DNA of 62,868 bases, the filler included. It is 4 parts of 4 records of this genome, joined end to end, with 100 filler letters (N's around TTAATTAATTAA, not from the genome) between each part and the next. Parts side by side here need not be neighbours in the genome. Positions count along the whole stretch, not along the records: positions 16,640 to 46,142 come from SRR2962707_5582; 3 more parts are not named here. The stretch is one strand, 5' to 3'. Of the stretch, positions 27,991 to 38,431 are shown one piece after another; position 1 is the stretch's first letter; the number at the start of each line of letters is the position of its first letter. Made by a program: the position numbers and the translations under genes. Under the pieces are notes generated by a model. The model searched no databases and was not told the DNA's origin. It saw nothing but the letters and a program-made list of their open reading frames with translations.

Positions 27991-28959
27991 CTAGGGCAGA
28001 AGGATCGTCGAACCGACGGTCTGGCGGCCTTCGAGGGCACGATGCGCGTCGGCGGCTTCCGAGAGGGCGAAGCGCTGGCCGATATGGGGTTTTACCGCGC
28101 CCGATTCGATGGCGGCGAACAGGGCCTTTGCGCCGGCGAGCAGAGCGGGACGCTCGGCGAAATAGTGAGCGCCGGTGGGACGGGTGACAAACAGCGAGCC
28201 CTTACGGGCCAGAATACCCAGATCAGGGATGGAAACCGGGCCGGTTGCGTTGCCATAGCTGACCATGAGGCCCATGGGACGCAGGCAATCGAGCGACTTT
28301 TCGAAAGTGTCCTGCCCTACCCCGTCGTAAACGACGTCGACACCCTTGCCGTTGGTCAACTCGCGGACCCGCACTGCAAAATCTTCTTCGGTGTAATTGA
28401 TGACCTCGTCACAGCCATTGGCCTTGGCGAGAGCACATTTTTCACCGTTGCCCGCCGTGCCGATGACGCGGGCGCCGATCGATTTGGCCCACTGGGCGGC
28501 GATCAGGCCCATGCCGCCCGCGGCGGCCTGGAAAAGAATGGTTTCGCCCGAGCGCACGGGCCAGGTGAGAAACAGCAGGTAGTATGCTGTCAGGCCCTTG
28601 AGCATGATGGCGGCGGCGGTTTCGTAATCAATAGAATCGGGCAGCAGCACCGCTTTTGCCGCTGGCATGATCCGCTCTTCGGTATAGGCGCCGATCGTGC
28701 CCTGGTAGGCAATGCGGTCGCCCGGCTTAAAGCCGGTGACGCCTGCACCCACCGAGATCACCTCGCCAGCGCCCTCTGAACCGGGAACGAAGGGAAGCGG
28801 GTTGGGATAGAGGCCGGTGCGGTGGTAGGTGTCGATAAAGTTGACCCCGATGGCGTGATGACGAACGCGGATTTCGCCGGACCCGGGCTCGCCGATCTCG
28901 ACATCACGGAGATCGAGGGCCTCGGGGCCACCAAACTGGTCAACGACAATGGCTTTCAT
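27991..28959 (-). CDS. qor: NADPH:quinone oxidoreductase
   Basis: GVNFID..RTGLY, AAAGGMG, GVDVVYDGVG, KGSLFVTRP. Confidence 0.92.
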   Translation of the reverse strand: MKAIVVDQFGGPEALDLRDVEIGEPGSGEIRVRHHAIGVNFIDTYHRTGLYPNPLPFVPGSEGAGEVISVGAGVTGFKPGDRIAYQGTIGAYTEERIMPAAKAVLLPDSIDYETAAAIMLKGLTAYYLLFLTWPVRSGETILFQAAAGGMGLIAAQWAKSIGARVIGTAGNGEKCALAKANGCDEVINYTEEDFAVRVRELTNGKGVDVVYDGVGQDTFEKSLDCLRPMGLMVSYGNATGPVSIPDLGILARKGSLFVTRPTGAHYFAERPALLAGAKALFAAIESGAVKPHIGQRFALSEAADAHRALEGRQTVGSTILLP

Positions 28960-28967
28960 ATTCCTGC

Positions 28968-30068
28968 CTATTCTCTTCTTCTGGCCGTACGCAGCCTTTT
29001 GGGCCGGCGCCGGAGGAGGACGGGTTTTTTCCGGCGCGACTTTTGCACAGCGGTATCGTCTTCGCCAAGGGGCGGTTCGTCGCTGTCCGGGATTTCCTCT
29101 TCCAATGACTCGTCGACCGGTTCGCGTTCCTCGGCTTGGGCCGTGCCGGGCTGGTCCTCTTGCATTGGCTCATCCGGCTCGAACTCGGTGACTGTATCGG
29201 GTTGGGGATATGGGATCGCGATGTCAGGAGCCAGAATTGCCGGCTCAAGGCTCGGTTCAGCGCGGTCATGAACAGGCATGGTGGCCGGAACGGGAGCAAT
29301 CGGCGGGGCCGCCGGGGCATGCGTGGGCGCCGAAGGTTCGAGATCGCCCGCCACCCGTGCGCGATGGATGAGCTTGGAGAGCGCCAGGACCAGAACGCTG
29401 ATGCCCATGGCGATATAGAGATAATCGCGCAGGACCGGCATGCCGAAGCCCTCGGCAACCAGCACCGTGCCCACGACGAACAAAATGCCGAGCGCTACGG
29501 CCTTTATCGCGGCGTGCCGGGCGATGAAGCTGGCTATGGGGGCCGCGGCTACGAACAGGATGACGACCGCTACGATGATGGCGATGACCATGGCCTGGAC
29601 ATAAGCGGTCATGCCGATGGCCAATATGATCGAATCGACCGAAAAGACGACGCTGAGTGCGACGAGCTGCGCGATGGCGAGCGTCGGGCGATCGGAAAGT
29701 CCGGCGTCCGGTGCGTCGCCGGGATCGGAGTATGGCTCAACCGTGAGATGGAGTTCGGTAACGGCCTTATAAATCAGAAACAATCCGCCGCCCAAAAGAA
29801 CGACCTGGCCCCAATTGGGGGACCAACCAGCCAGGTTGAAGGCGGTCCGATCAAGGCCGAGGAGCCAGAGAAGGATGGCGAGAAGAACCAATCGAACGAT
29901 CGTGGCGATGCCAGCCCCCAGGAGCGCGGCACGCCGGCGTTGCTCTTCGGGGAGCGCCGCGGCCCGGTTGGCGATGAGGTTGGCGTTCTCGGTGCCAAGC
30001 ACCACTTCGATGCCGATCAGGAGAACAAGGCTGGCCCAGAAGGCCGGTTCGACGACGAAATCCAGCAT
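28968..30068 (-). CDS. TerC-family membrane protein with long disordered C-terminal tail
   Basis: IEVVLGTEN, GGLFLIYK..E, FSVDSI motifs; ~125-aa Pro/Glu-rich tail with a basic end. Confidence 0.85.
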   Translation of the reverse strand: MLDFVVEPAFWASLVLLIGIEVVLGTENANLIANRAAALPEEQRRRAALLGAGIATIVRLVLLAILLWLLGLDRTAFNLAGWSPNWGQVVLLGGGLFLIYKAVTELHLTVEPYSDPGDAPDAGLSDRPTLAIAQLVALSVVFSVDSIILAIGMTAYVQAMVIAIIVAVVILFVAAAPIASFIARHAAIKAVALGILFVVGTVLVAEGFGMPVLRDYLYIAMGISVLVLALSKLIHRARVAGDLEPSAPTHAPAAPPIAPVPATMPVHDRAEPSLEPAILAPDIAIPYPQPDTVTEFEPDEPMQEDQPGTAQAEEREPVDESLEEEIPDSDEPPLGEDDTAVQKSRRKKPVLLRRRPKRLRTARRRE

Positions 30069-30251
30069 TTTTTGCCCTCAGCGGTTGGGACATGGGCGCC
30101 CATCTGATGCCCATGGAGAGAACGGCGACCGCCCCGGCGCGCGAAAAGCGCACATTTGCGGGCAACAACGGCAATAAAGCGGCAGAAGCAGTTGTGCAGC
30201 TTGCGAGCACCGTCATGGCGGCCTACATCTTGGGCAAGTATCGAGGTGAGC

Positions 30252-31406
30252 ATGGCCAATCACACACAAATCGCCGTTATCGGCGGCGGGCTCGTTGGCA
30301 AGGCAACGGCAGTTGCAGCAGCCAACGCGGGATTTTCAACGCTTCATGTCGCGCCAGAAGCGCCAGCGGACCGCAGAACCTCGGCGCTGATGGGGCCATC
30401 GGTCGACTACATGGTCCAGGCAGGGCTGATCGGCGACCCCGAAGTGCTCGGCGTTCCCCTCTCCCGTATCCGGATTATCGATGCGACCAACCGGCTCTTG
30501 CGGGCGCCCGAAACTGTGTTCAGCGCTTCCGAATTCGGACACCGGGCCTTTGGCTGGAATTTTGCCAATGCCCGGCTCGGGGAGAGCTTTTCGAGGGTGG
30601 GAGCCGGCCGCGAAAACCTCGATCTTCATGCGGCAACGCTTAAATCGGCCAAGCGGGCCGAGGGCGTCTGGCACCTCGAACTCGACGATGGCGGCATGCT
30701 GACCACCGATCTGCTGGTCGGCGCCGACGGCAAGGGGTCGAGCGTGCGCAAGGCGGCGGGGATTGCGGTGCGCGAACGCAAGTTCGATCAGGCTGCACTT
30801 GTGTGCGATCTGGAGCTTGGGCGTGGGCTCGATGGGGAATCAGTGGAATTTCACTACCCCAATGGTCCGTTCACGCTGGTCCCGGCTGGCGGCAATCGCG
30901 CCAACCTTGTGTGGATCGACAAGCTGGAGATGCTCGAGGATGCCCGGCGCGAGCCGGAGCGTTTCGTTTCCCTGCTCAACGAAAAATCGCTGAATCTTTT
31001 TGGCGCGATCTCAGTGGCCAGTCCCAACTTCGTGTTTCCGCTGTCCGTTCTGTCGGTGGATGTGGCGGGGCGCGATGCCGCGGTGCTGGTCGGAGAATCG
31101 GCGCATGCATTTCCGCCCATCGGTGCGCAGGGGCTCAATCTGGGGCTGCGGGACGTCGCGAGCCTGAACGCTTGTCTCAAGGCGGCCAATCCAGGATCAT
31201 ATGGCTGGGCCGATGCGGTCGCCCGCAGCTATGGCGCGGCGCGGCGGGGAGATCTGGCGCGAACCGGGGCGTTTGTCGACGGGCTGTTTACCTCACTGCT
31301 CTCGCCGCACCTGCCGGCGCAGGCGCTGAGAAGCGCCGGGCTTTGGGGGCTCAAGACATTTCCCATGCTGCGAAAACACGCGGTTTCTTTCGGCATGGGC
31401 CATTAA
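30252..31406 (+). CDS. UbiH/UbiF-family FAD-dependent hydroxylase
   Basis: GGGLVG, DRRTSAL, LVGADG, GESAHAFPPIGAQGLNLGLRD. Confidence 0.9.
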   Translation: MANHTQIAVIGGGLVGKATAVAAANAGFSTLHVAPEAPADRRTSALMGPSVDYMVQAGLIGDPEVLGVPLSRIRIIDATNRLLRAPETVFSASEFGHRAFGWNFANARLGESFSRVGAGRENLDLHAATLKSAKRAEGVWHLELDDGGMLTTDLLVGADGKGSSVRKAAGIAVRERKFDQAALVCDLELGRGLDGESVEFHYPNGPFTLVPAGGNRANLVWIDKLEMLEDARREPERFVSLLNEKSLNLFGAISVASPNFVFPLSVLSVDVAGRDAAVLVGESAHAFPPIGAQGLNLGLRDVASLNACLKAANPGSYGWADAVARSYGAARRGDLARTGAFVDGLFTSLLSPHLPAQALRSAGLWGLKTFPMLRKHAVSFGMGH

Positions 31407-31438
31407 AAAAGGCGGACCAGAAGGTCCGCCTTTTTTAA
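31403..31438. terminator. Bidirectional intrinsic terminator
   Basis: TTAAAAAAGGCGGACC-AGAA-GGTCCGCCTTTTTTAA, perfect 16-bp inverted repeat between convergent genes. Confidence 0.92.
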
Positions 31439-31459
31439 TATGCAAAGTCTGACTGGCCG

Positions 31460-32167
31460 CTACTGGGCCGGTGCTGCTTCGGCAGGTGCCTCTTCGGTCA
31501 CTGCACCTTCGGCCGGGGCTGCCTCGCCGCCTTCCATTTCCTCACGGAGCTGGTTGGCGCGGTCCTGCAGGACCTGCTCGAGGACGTTTTCGGTCGAAGT
31601 GGCCTGATTGAGCTCTTCGATCGAGATGCCTTCGGGGTTGTCATAGACAGCTGTAAAGCCAGCGAGGGTGATATCGATGGTGATATCCTCGTTCTGGCGG
31701 TTCTTGGCGATCAGCTTGAGGTTGCTGCCGCGCTTGAGGCTCTGGATGTAGGATTCGTTGATGACGAGCTGCGCTGAACAGGCCTGCGGGTCGCACAGCA
31801 TGTAGGGGACGCGCACGGGCTTGCCGCTGTCGATCTGCCAGGTCAGGCCGAAGGGCAGCAGCACGCCGATCGGCACGGAGGCGACTGCAAGAAGGCGGCT
31901 TTCCTGGCTGGGATCGTCACGAAGAAGGAACGAGCCGGTGAACACGCCGGTGTTGCTGACAACCTGGCGCATAATGCACGCCTGGCCGCCGTCATCGAGT
32001 TCACTACAGACTTTCAGCCAATTGTTCTCGGCCGAGCCCTCGGAAGGTTCAGCCTGGTCGATCATTCCCGCGTCTGCGGACTGCGCATGGACAGCACCAG
32101 CCATGGAAAAGGCCAGTCCCGTGGCAACAGCGCCGGCAAGTATCGCGTTTTTGAGTTTCATGGACAT
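31460..32167 (-). CDS. Invasion-associated locus B (IalB) family protein
   Basis: Signal peptide; WLKVC..C, VPIGVLLPFG, CxxxxC, LKRG, LAGFT. Confidence 0.85.
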   Translation of the reverse strand: MSMKLKNAILAGAVATGLAFSMAGAVHAQSADAGMIDQAEPSEGSAENNWLKVCSELDDGGQACIMRQVVSNTGVFTGSFLLRDDPSQESRLLAVASVPIGVLLPFGLTWQIDSGKPVRVPYMLCDPQACSAQLVINESYIQSLKRGSNLKLIAKNRQNEDITIDITLAGFTAVYDNPEGISIEELNQATSTENVLEQVLQDRANQLREEMEGGEAAPAEGAVTEEAPAEAAPAQ

Positions 32168-32372
32168 TCCTGTTGCTCTGGGCAGGTGGACCCCGCCGGA
32201 ATCATAAGGTTCAAATACGTTCAAGAGCGGCGAAATCGGGCAATAGCATGACGTTGAGACACTGCCAATGCGCTTGGGCCGCTCCTGTTGCTCAAAGGCG
32301 TCACTGAAGCATTTCCGCTTTTCTTCGAATCGCTTCAATTGCTCCAGGTCTTTGTTTGTCGCGGGAAGCCCT

Positions 32373-35300
32373 CTAGCCCGCGGCAAGGGCCGCAAGGCGC
32401 GAGAGGATGGCCGCGCTGCCTTTGAGGCGCTGCTCAGCCGTCGGCCAGTTGCGCGCAAACATGATCTTTTGATCGGGACGCAGCCGGGCCGCCTGGGCAG
32501 GGTCGGCGATATGGCGCACCAATCCGGCAGGATTTGGGTAAACACCGTTGCGCAGCGTGATAAGTGCGCCCTTGGGGCCAGCGTCGACCTTTTCGACGTT
32601 AGCGGTGCGGCAGAGCGATTTGATGAGCACCACCTTGAGCAGGGCTTCGACCTCTTCGGGCAGAGGACCGAAACGGTCGATCATTTCCGCGCCGACCCCG
32701 TCGATTTCGTTGGCGTCGGTCAAATCGCCCAAACGGCGATAAAGCTGCATGCGGACCTGCAGGTCGGGCACATAGGCTTCGGGTATCATCACAGGCATGC
32801 CCAGCGAAATCTGTGGCGACCACTGGCCAGCTTCTTCTTCCTCGGCCGACTGCCCTGCCCTCAGTGAGGCCACAGCCTCTTCGAGCATCGACTGATAGAG
32901 CTCGAACCCCACCTCGCGGATATGGCCCGACTGTTCCTCGCCCAGCAAATTGCCGGCGCCGCGGATGTCGAGATCGTGGCTGGCGAGCTGGAAGCCAGCG
33001 CCGAGCGATTCGAGCGATTGAAGGACCTGGAGGCGGCGCTGGGCCTGATCGTTGAGTTTGCGGTCGACGGGAACAGTGAAAATGGCGTAGGCGCGCGTCT
33101 TGGAGCGGCCAATGCGTCCACGGATCTGATAGAGCTGGGCAAGGCCGAACTTGTCGGCGCGGTGGACGATCAACGTGTTTGCCGTCGGAACATCGAGGCC
33201 GGATTCCACGATCGTGGTGGCCACCAGCACGTCGAACTTGCCATCGTAAAAGGCATTCATCGTGTCGTCGAGTTGCTGCGGTGCCATTTGGCCGTTGGCC
33301 ACAACGAAGCTCACCTCAGGGACATGATCGCGCAGGAACTGAGCGATATCGGCCTGATCGGAAATGCGTGGGCAGACATAGAAGGCTTGGCCGCCGCGAT
33401 ACTTTTCGCGCAGCAGGGCTTCACGCACGACGAGCGGATCGAACGGCGAAACGAAGGTCCGGATGGCGAGGCGATCCACCGGCGGCGTGGCAAGAAGCGA
33501 GAGATCGCGAACGCCGGTCAGCGCCAGTTGCAGGGTACGCGGGATCGGCGTGGCCGAGAGGGTGAGCACGTGGACGTTGGCGCGCATCTCCTTGAGGCGT
33601 TCCTTGTGGGCCACGCCAAAATGCTGCTCCTCATCGACGATCATCAGGCCGATGTCGCGGAATTCGATAGATTTCGACAGCAAGGCATGGGTGCCCACGA
33701 CGATATCGACGCTGCCATTCTTGAGGCCCTCTTTCGTTGCCTTGAGTTCGGCGGCCGGCACGAGCCGTGAGGCTTGCCGGACGCGCACCGGCAAGCCAGC
33801 GAACCGGTCCGAGAACGTCTTGAAGTGCTGGCGCGACAGCAAGGTTGTGGGCACGACAATTGCGACCTGACGACCGCTCATGGCCATGACGAACGCGGCG
33901 CGGAGTGCGACTTCGGTCTTGCCGAAGCCCACGTCACCGCAGACCAGCCGGTCCATGATTCGGCCCGAGGTCAGATCGTCGAACACCGCGTCGATGGTGG
34001 CGAGCTGGTCCTCGGTTTCCTCGTAGGGGAAGCGGGCACAGAATTCGTCGTAGGCGCCGGTCTGGACTTCGATGGGGTCGGTATGCGCCGTCTGGCGGGC
34101 GGCAGCAATCTTGATGAGCTGCTCGGCCATGTCGCGGATGCGTTTTTTGAGCTTGGACTTCTTGGCCTGCCAGGCCACGCCGCCCAGCTTGTCGAGTTCA
34201 GCCCCTTCGGCGCCATAGCGCGAGAGCAGTTCGATATTTTCGACCGGCAGGTAGAGCTTGTCGCCCTTGGCGTATTCGATCTCGACGCAATCGTGAGGCG
34301 CGCCCTGCACTTCGATGGCCTTCAGCCCGATGAAGCGCCCGATGCCATGATCGACGTGGACGACAAGATCGCCCGCCGAGAGCGCGCTTGCCTCGGTCAG
34401 CGCGTCGGACGCCTTCTTGCGCCGTGTCTGGCGGATGATGCGCTCGCCCAGAATATCCTGTTCAGACAGGACGGCGATATCGTCAGTCAGATAGCCGGTT
34501 TCGAGCGGCAGGACGACGAGGCCGAGTTGACCGACCTTGAGAAGGTCGACCTGCTTCCAGTTTTCGAGCTTTTTGACAGCCTTGAGGCCGTGATCCTTGA
34601 GCACCTGCCCCATGCGGTCGCGGGTGCCCTCGGTCCAACACGAAATGACTGTCTTGCGCCCTGCGCGCGCCTCGGTCTTGATGCGCGAAATCACCGCTTC
34701 AAAGAGGTTGGTATCGGCGGTTTGACGTTCGGCGGCGAAGCTGGGCGCGAGATGACCGGCGCAGTCGATGACCGGCAGGTTTTCGTCGGCGGGCAGGAAC
34801 GGGGTGAGTTCGGAAATCTCGTGACCGCGCGCCAGCTCGTACGGTCCCTGCTCCACATTGTAGAGCAGCTCGGGTTTGAGCGGTTTATACGGTGCGCCGG
34901 CGGTGCTGCCCTGCTCGCGGGCTTCCTTGCGGGCTGTAAAATAGTCGAGGATCTGGTCGCGGCGTTCGGCATAAGCTTCACGTGACTGATCGTCGAAATA
35001 GACCGGCGCATCGCCGATATAGGCGGGCAGCGTTTCCATCTCTTCGTAAAAGAAGGGCAGCCAGTGCTCCATGCCCGCGAAGCGCTGGCCGGCGCTGATG
35101 GCGCCATAGAGGGGATCGTCGGCCGTGTTGCCGCCGAAGGCCGTGGTGTAATTGCGGCGGAAGCGCCTTATGGTGTCTTCGGTCAGCATGGCCTCGCTCA
35201 TGGGGACGAGGGTCACCGATTTGACATTGCCGGTGGTGCGCTGGCTTTCAGGATCGAAAGCGCGAATGGTTTCAAGCTGTTGGCCGAAAAAGTCAAAGCG

Positions 35301-35852
35301 CAGTGGCGCGTCGTGCCCCGCCGGGTAAAGATCGACAAGCCCCCCTCGCACCGCGTATTCGCCGGCTTCGCGCACGGTTGGCACGCGCAGATAGCCATTA
35401 TTGGTAGCCCAGCCGATCAGCTTGTCGCTATCGACCATGCGCCCCGCCGCAGCGGAAAACGTCATTGCAGCGACCACCTCACGCGGCACGACGCGCTGGA
35501 TCAGCGCATTGACGGCGGTGAGAACGATGGCGCCCTTGATTTTGGGATCGACCAATTGGGCCAGGGCCGACATGCGCGCAGCGATGGTTATCGCATTGGG
35601 CGAAACACGGTCATAGGGCAGGCAATCCCATGCGGGAAAGATCAGCACTGGATGGCCGGGCAGCATGGTCTGCAGGATATCGGCCATACGCTGCAGGCGT
35701 CGACCATCGCGCGCAACAAAAACAAGCGAAACAGGAGCTTGCGGCGCGTCCTTGAGACGTTGCTCGATTTCGCGCGCCAGCACCGCCGGCTGCATGCCGT
35801 CGGGAAGATTGGCCAGAATCCTCGAGGGTCTGTCGCGCAGTAAATCGTCCAT
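32373..35852 (-). CDS. mfd: Transcription-repair coupling factor
   Basis: VVHVDHGIG, CGDVGFGKTEVA, DEEQHFG, SATPIPRT, QIRGRIGR, DLDIRGAGNLLG; 1159 aa. Confidence 0.98.
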   Translation of the reverse strand: MDDLLRDRPSRILANLPDGMQPAVLAREIEQRLKDAPQAPVSLVFVARDGRRLQRMADILQTMLPGHPVLIFPAWDCLPYDRVSPNAITIAARMSALAQLVDPKIKGAIVLTAVNALIQRVVPREVVAAMTFSAAAGRMVDSDKLIGWATNNGYLRVPTVREAGEYAVRGGLVDLYPAGHDAPLRFDFFGQQLETIRAFDPESQRTTGNVKSVTLVPMSEAMLTEDTIRRFRRNYTTAFGGNTADDPLYGAISAGQRFAGMEHWLPFFYEEMETLPAYIGDAPVYFDDQSREAYAERRDQILDYFTARKEAREQGSTAGAPYKPLKPELLYNVEQGPYELARGHEISELTPFLPADENLPVIDCAGHLAPSFAAERQTADTNLFEAVISRIKTEARAGRKTVISCWTEGTRDRMGQVLKDHGLKAVKKLENWKQVDLLKVGQLGLVVLPLETGYLTDDIAVLSEQDILGERIIRQTRRKKASDALTEASALSAGDLVVHVDHGIGRFIGLKAIEVQGAPHDCVEIEYAKGDKLYLPVENIELLSRYGAEGAELDKLGGVAWQAKKSKLKKRIRDMAEQLIKIAAARQTAHTDPIEVQTGAYDEFCARFPYEETEDQLATIDAVFDDLTSGRIMDRLVCGDVGFGKTEVALRAAFVMAMSGRQVAIVVPTTLLSRQHFKTFSDRFAGLPVRVRQASRLVPAAELKATKEGLKNGSVDIVVGTHALLSKSIEFRDIGLMIVDEEQHFGVAHKERLKEMRANVHVLTLSATPIPRTLQLALTGVRDLSLLATPPVDRLAIRTFVSPFDPLVVREALLREKYRGGQAFYVCPRISDQADIAQFLRDHVPEVSFVVANGQMAPQQLDDTMNAFYDGKFDVLVATTIVESGLDVPTANTLIVHRADKFGLAQLYQIRGRIGRSKTRAYAIFTVPVDRKLNDQAQRRLQVLQSLESLGAGFQLASHDLDIRGAGNLLGEEQSGHIREVGFELYQSMLEEAVASLRAGQSAEEEEAGQWSPQISLGMPVMIPEAYVPDLQVRMQLYRRLGDLTDANEIDGVGAEMIDRFGPLPEEVEALLKVVLIKSLCRTANVEKVDAGPKGALITLRNGVYPNPAGLVRHIADPAQAARLRPDQKIMFARNWPTAEQRLKGSAAILSRLAALAAG

Positions 35853-35856
35853 GAAA

Positions 35857-36129
35857 CTAGTTCTGTGAAAGCTTGTGGTTACGGATCGTGTCGATCAGGT
35901 CGCGATCGGCGTTATCGGGAATGTCGCTTTGGCCCATGAGCCAGGCCTGGAGATCAGTTTCCTCATGATCCATGAGGGCTTCGAGCCGGTCGAGCATTTC
36001 TGCGTCGAGCGTGTCGAGGTGATCGGCGACGAATCCGCCGATCAGGATATCCATTTCCTGGGTGCCGCGATGCTGGGCACGGTAAAGCGCGCGCTTGCGG
36101 CGCATTTCGATGGCGTTGGGGTCGGTCAT
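35857..36129 (-). CDS. sdhE: Succinate dehydrogenase assembly factor 2 (SdhE)
   Basis: YRAQHRGTQEMD (RGxxE) motif; usual position between recG and mfd. Confidence 0.9.
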   Translation of the reverse strand: MTDPNAIEMRRKRALYRAQHRGTQEMDILIGGFVADHLDTLDAEMLDRLEALMDHEETDLQAWLMGQSDIPDNADRDLIDTIRNHKLSQN

Positions 36130-36256
36130 GGTCCAGACAGGTATCAAGGCTTGGGACGGCAGTTATTAGAGACATTTGATGGCGCTGTCAGCCTTTTGCC
36201 ATGGCCCACAAGCATATATTGTTCCGTTTCCGTTCATATTAGCCCAGTTTTGAGTC

Positions 36257-38362
36257 GTGCCGCGCCCCGATCTGCTGAACCCCCTGTTCAAATCGCTCAA
36301 ATCGATGAAAGGCGTCGGGCCGCAACTGGGCGCGCTGTTCGCCAAATTCTTCGGCGCGCCCGATGGGCAGGACGCAGTCGTGCTTGATGTCCTCATGCAC
36401 ATGCCGTCCGGCGTCATCGACCGGCGGGCGCAGAACGGGGTTGCCTATGCGCCGGTGGGCTCTATCGCCACCCTCAAACTGCATATCGATGAGCATATCG
36501 TCCCCCCGCGCAACAGCCGAGCGCCGTTGCGAATCAAGGCGCATGACGAGACGGGCGAAATCACGCTGAGCTTTTTCGGCGCCAGGGGCGGATGGGTGGA
36601 AAAGCAACTGCCCATTGGTGAGATCCGCTACGTATCCGGCGAAATCGGGTTTTTCGGGCGCGAGAAGCAGATGACGCATCCCGACTATATCGTGGAGCCC
36701 GAAAAGCTTTCCAGCCTGCCCATGGTCGAGCCGGTCTATCCGCTGACCCACGGGCTTTCCTCGCGCGCGCTGCGCAAGGTGATCGCGTCAGCCCTCGATC
36801 TGGTGCCGATCATTCCCGAATGGACGGGCAAGGACCGGCGCACGATCATGAACTGGCCGGGTTTTTCCGAAGCGCTGCACCATATTCATGCGCCGCAGCG
36901 CCCAACCGAGGGCGACATCGTTTCGCCGTCGCGCATGCGGCTGGCCTATGACGAGTATCTGGCGGGGCAGTTAGCGCTGTCGCTGATCCGGGAAACCATG
37001 GTCAAATCCTCGGGCATTGCGCGACAGGTGACTGAGGAAATCACCCAAAAAGTGGAAGCCGCCCTACCCTTTGCGCTCACCGATGGGCAGCGGCTGGCCA
37101 TATCTGACATTCGCGAGGATCTGGAAAGACCCACGCGCATGTCGCGGCTTTTGCAGGGCGATGTGGGGTCAGGCAAGACGGTGGTTGCCCTGATGGCCAT
37201 GGCGATGGTGGCCGAGGATGGCGGGCAATCAGCCCTTATGGCGCCGACCGAACTGCTGGCCAGCCAGCATTTCCGAACGCTGCAACCGCTGGCCGAGATG
37301 GCCGGGCTCAAGGTCGTCCTGATGACCGGGAAAATGCCGGCGGCGGAAAAGCGGGCGGCGTTGGCGGGATTGGCAGATGGGTCGATCACCATTGCGGTCG
37401 GAACCCATGCGCTGTTTCAGAGCGGGGTCGAATTTGAAGATCTGGGGCTGACAGTGGTCGACGAGCAACACCGGTTCGGGGTGCATCAGCGGCTGGCGCT
37501 GTCGGAAAAGGGGCACAAGACCGATCTCCTGGTCATGACGGCAACGCCGATCCCGCGCACTCTGGTGCTGACCCATTTCGGCGACATGGATGTATCGGTG
37601 TTGCGCGAAAAGCCGGCCGGCCGCCAGCCGATCGATACCGCAACACTGCCGATTTCCGAATATGAGCGGGTGGTGGGGAGGCTGGCCTCGCGGCTGGCCG
37701 AAGGCGCACAGGCCTATTGGGTGTGCCCGCTGGTCGAGGAAAGCGAAGTGCTCGATGTTGTTGCTGCCGAGGACCGGTTTGCAGACCTCAAGAACAGCTT
37801 TGGCGACAGGGTGGAGCTTGTGCATGGGCGGATGAGCGCCGCGGCCAAACAAGAGGCCATGGCCCGGTTTTCGTCGGGGGAAGCGCAGATCCTTGTCGCA
37901 ACCACGGTGATCGAGGTGGGGGTCGACGTGCCCAACGCGACAATCATCATCATCGAACATGCAGAACGGTTCGGGCTGGCGCAATTGCACCAGTTGCGCG
38001 GGCGGGTGGGACGCGGATCGGCGCGCTCGGCCTGCCTGTTGCTCTATTCCGAGCCGTTGAGCGAAACGGCCAGACAGCGTCTCGAAGCGATTCGAAAGAC
38101 CGATGACGGGTTCGAGATCGCCGAAAAAGACCTCGAGCTGCGCGGCCAGGGGGATTTGCTGGGCACGCGGCAATCGGGCATGCCGGGCTATCGCATTGCG
38201 GTGCCGGACGTCCACAAGCATCTGCTGGAAATGGCCCATGACGATGCGCGCGCGGCGCTGGAGCGCAATCCCGGGCTTAAAGGCCCCGAAGGCGAGGCGC
38301 TGCGGGCGCTGCTCTATATTTTCCGCAAGGATCTGGCCATTCCACTGATCAAGGCGGGCTGA
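36257..38362 (+). CDS. recG: ATP-dependent DNA helicase RecG
   Basis: LLQGDVGSGKT, DEQHRFGV, QLRGRVGRG, DLELRGQG. Confidence 0.98.
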   Translation: MPRPDLLNPLFKSLKSMKGVGPQLGALFAKFFGAPDGQDAVVLDVLMHMPSGVIDRRAQNGVAYAPVGSIATLKLHIDEHIVPPRNSRAPLRIKAHDETGEITLSFFGARGGWVEKQLPIGEIRYVSGEIGFFGREKQMTHPDYIVEPEKLSSLPMVEPVYPLTHGLSSRALRKVIASALDLVPIIPEWTGKDRRTIMNWPGFSEALHHIHAPQRPTEGDIVSPSRMRLAYDEYLAGQLALSLIRETMVKSSGIARQVTEEITQKVEAALPFALTDGQRLAISDIREDLERPTRMSRLLQGDVGSGKTVVALMAMAMVAEDGGQSALMAPTELLASQHFRTLQPLAEMAGLKVVLMTGKMPAAEKRAALAGLADGSITIAVGTHALFQSGVEFEDLGLTVVDEQHRFGVHQRLALSEKGHKTDLLVMTATPIPRTLVLTHFGDMDVSVLREKPAGRQPIDTATLPISEYERVVGRLASRLAEGAQAYWVCPLVEESEVLDVVAAEDRFADLKNSFGDRVELVHGRMSAAAKQEAMARFSSGEAQILVATTVIEVGVDVPNATIIIIEHAERFGLAQLHQLRGRVGRGSARSACLLLYSEPLSETARQRLEAIRKTDDGFEIAEKDLELRGQGDLLGTRQSGMPGYRIAVPDVHKHLLEMAHDDARAALERNPGLKGPEGEALRALLYIFRKDLAIPLIKAG

Positions 38363-38431
38363 CCGGGGTGGCGGCCCACCGGATCGGTCGATAGAACTTG
38401 TCTTGCATTTCTCTCCTTCCAAGGTTTTTCC

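Noticed and set aside
31460..32545. 361-aa extended IalB ORF
   Set aside because: The upstream extension overlaps mfd and intergenic DNA; the signal peptide and RBS place the start at about 32167.
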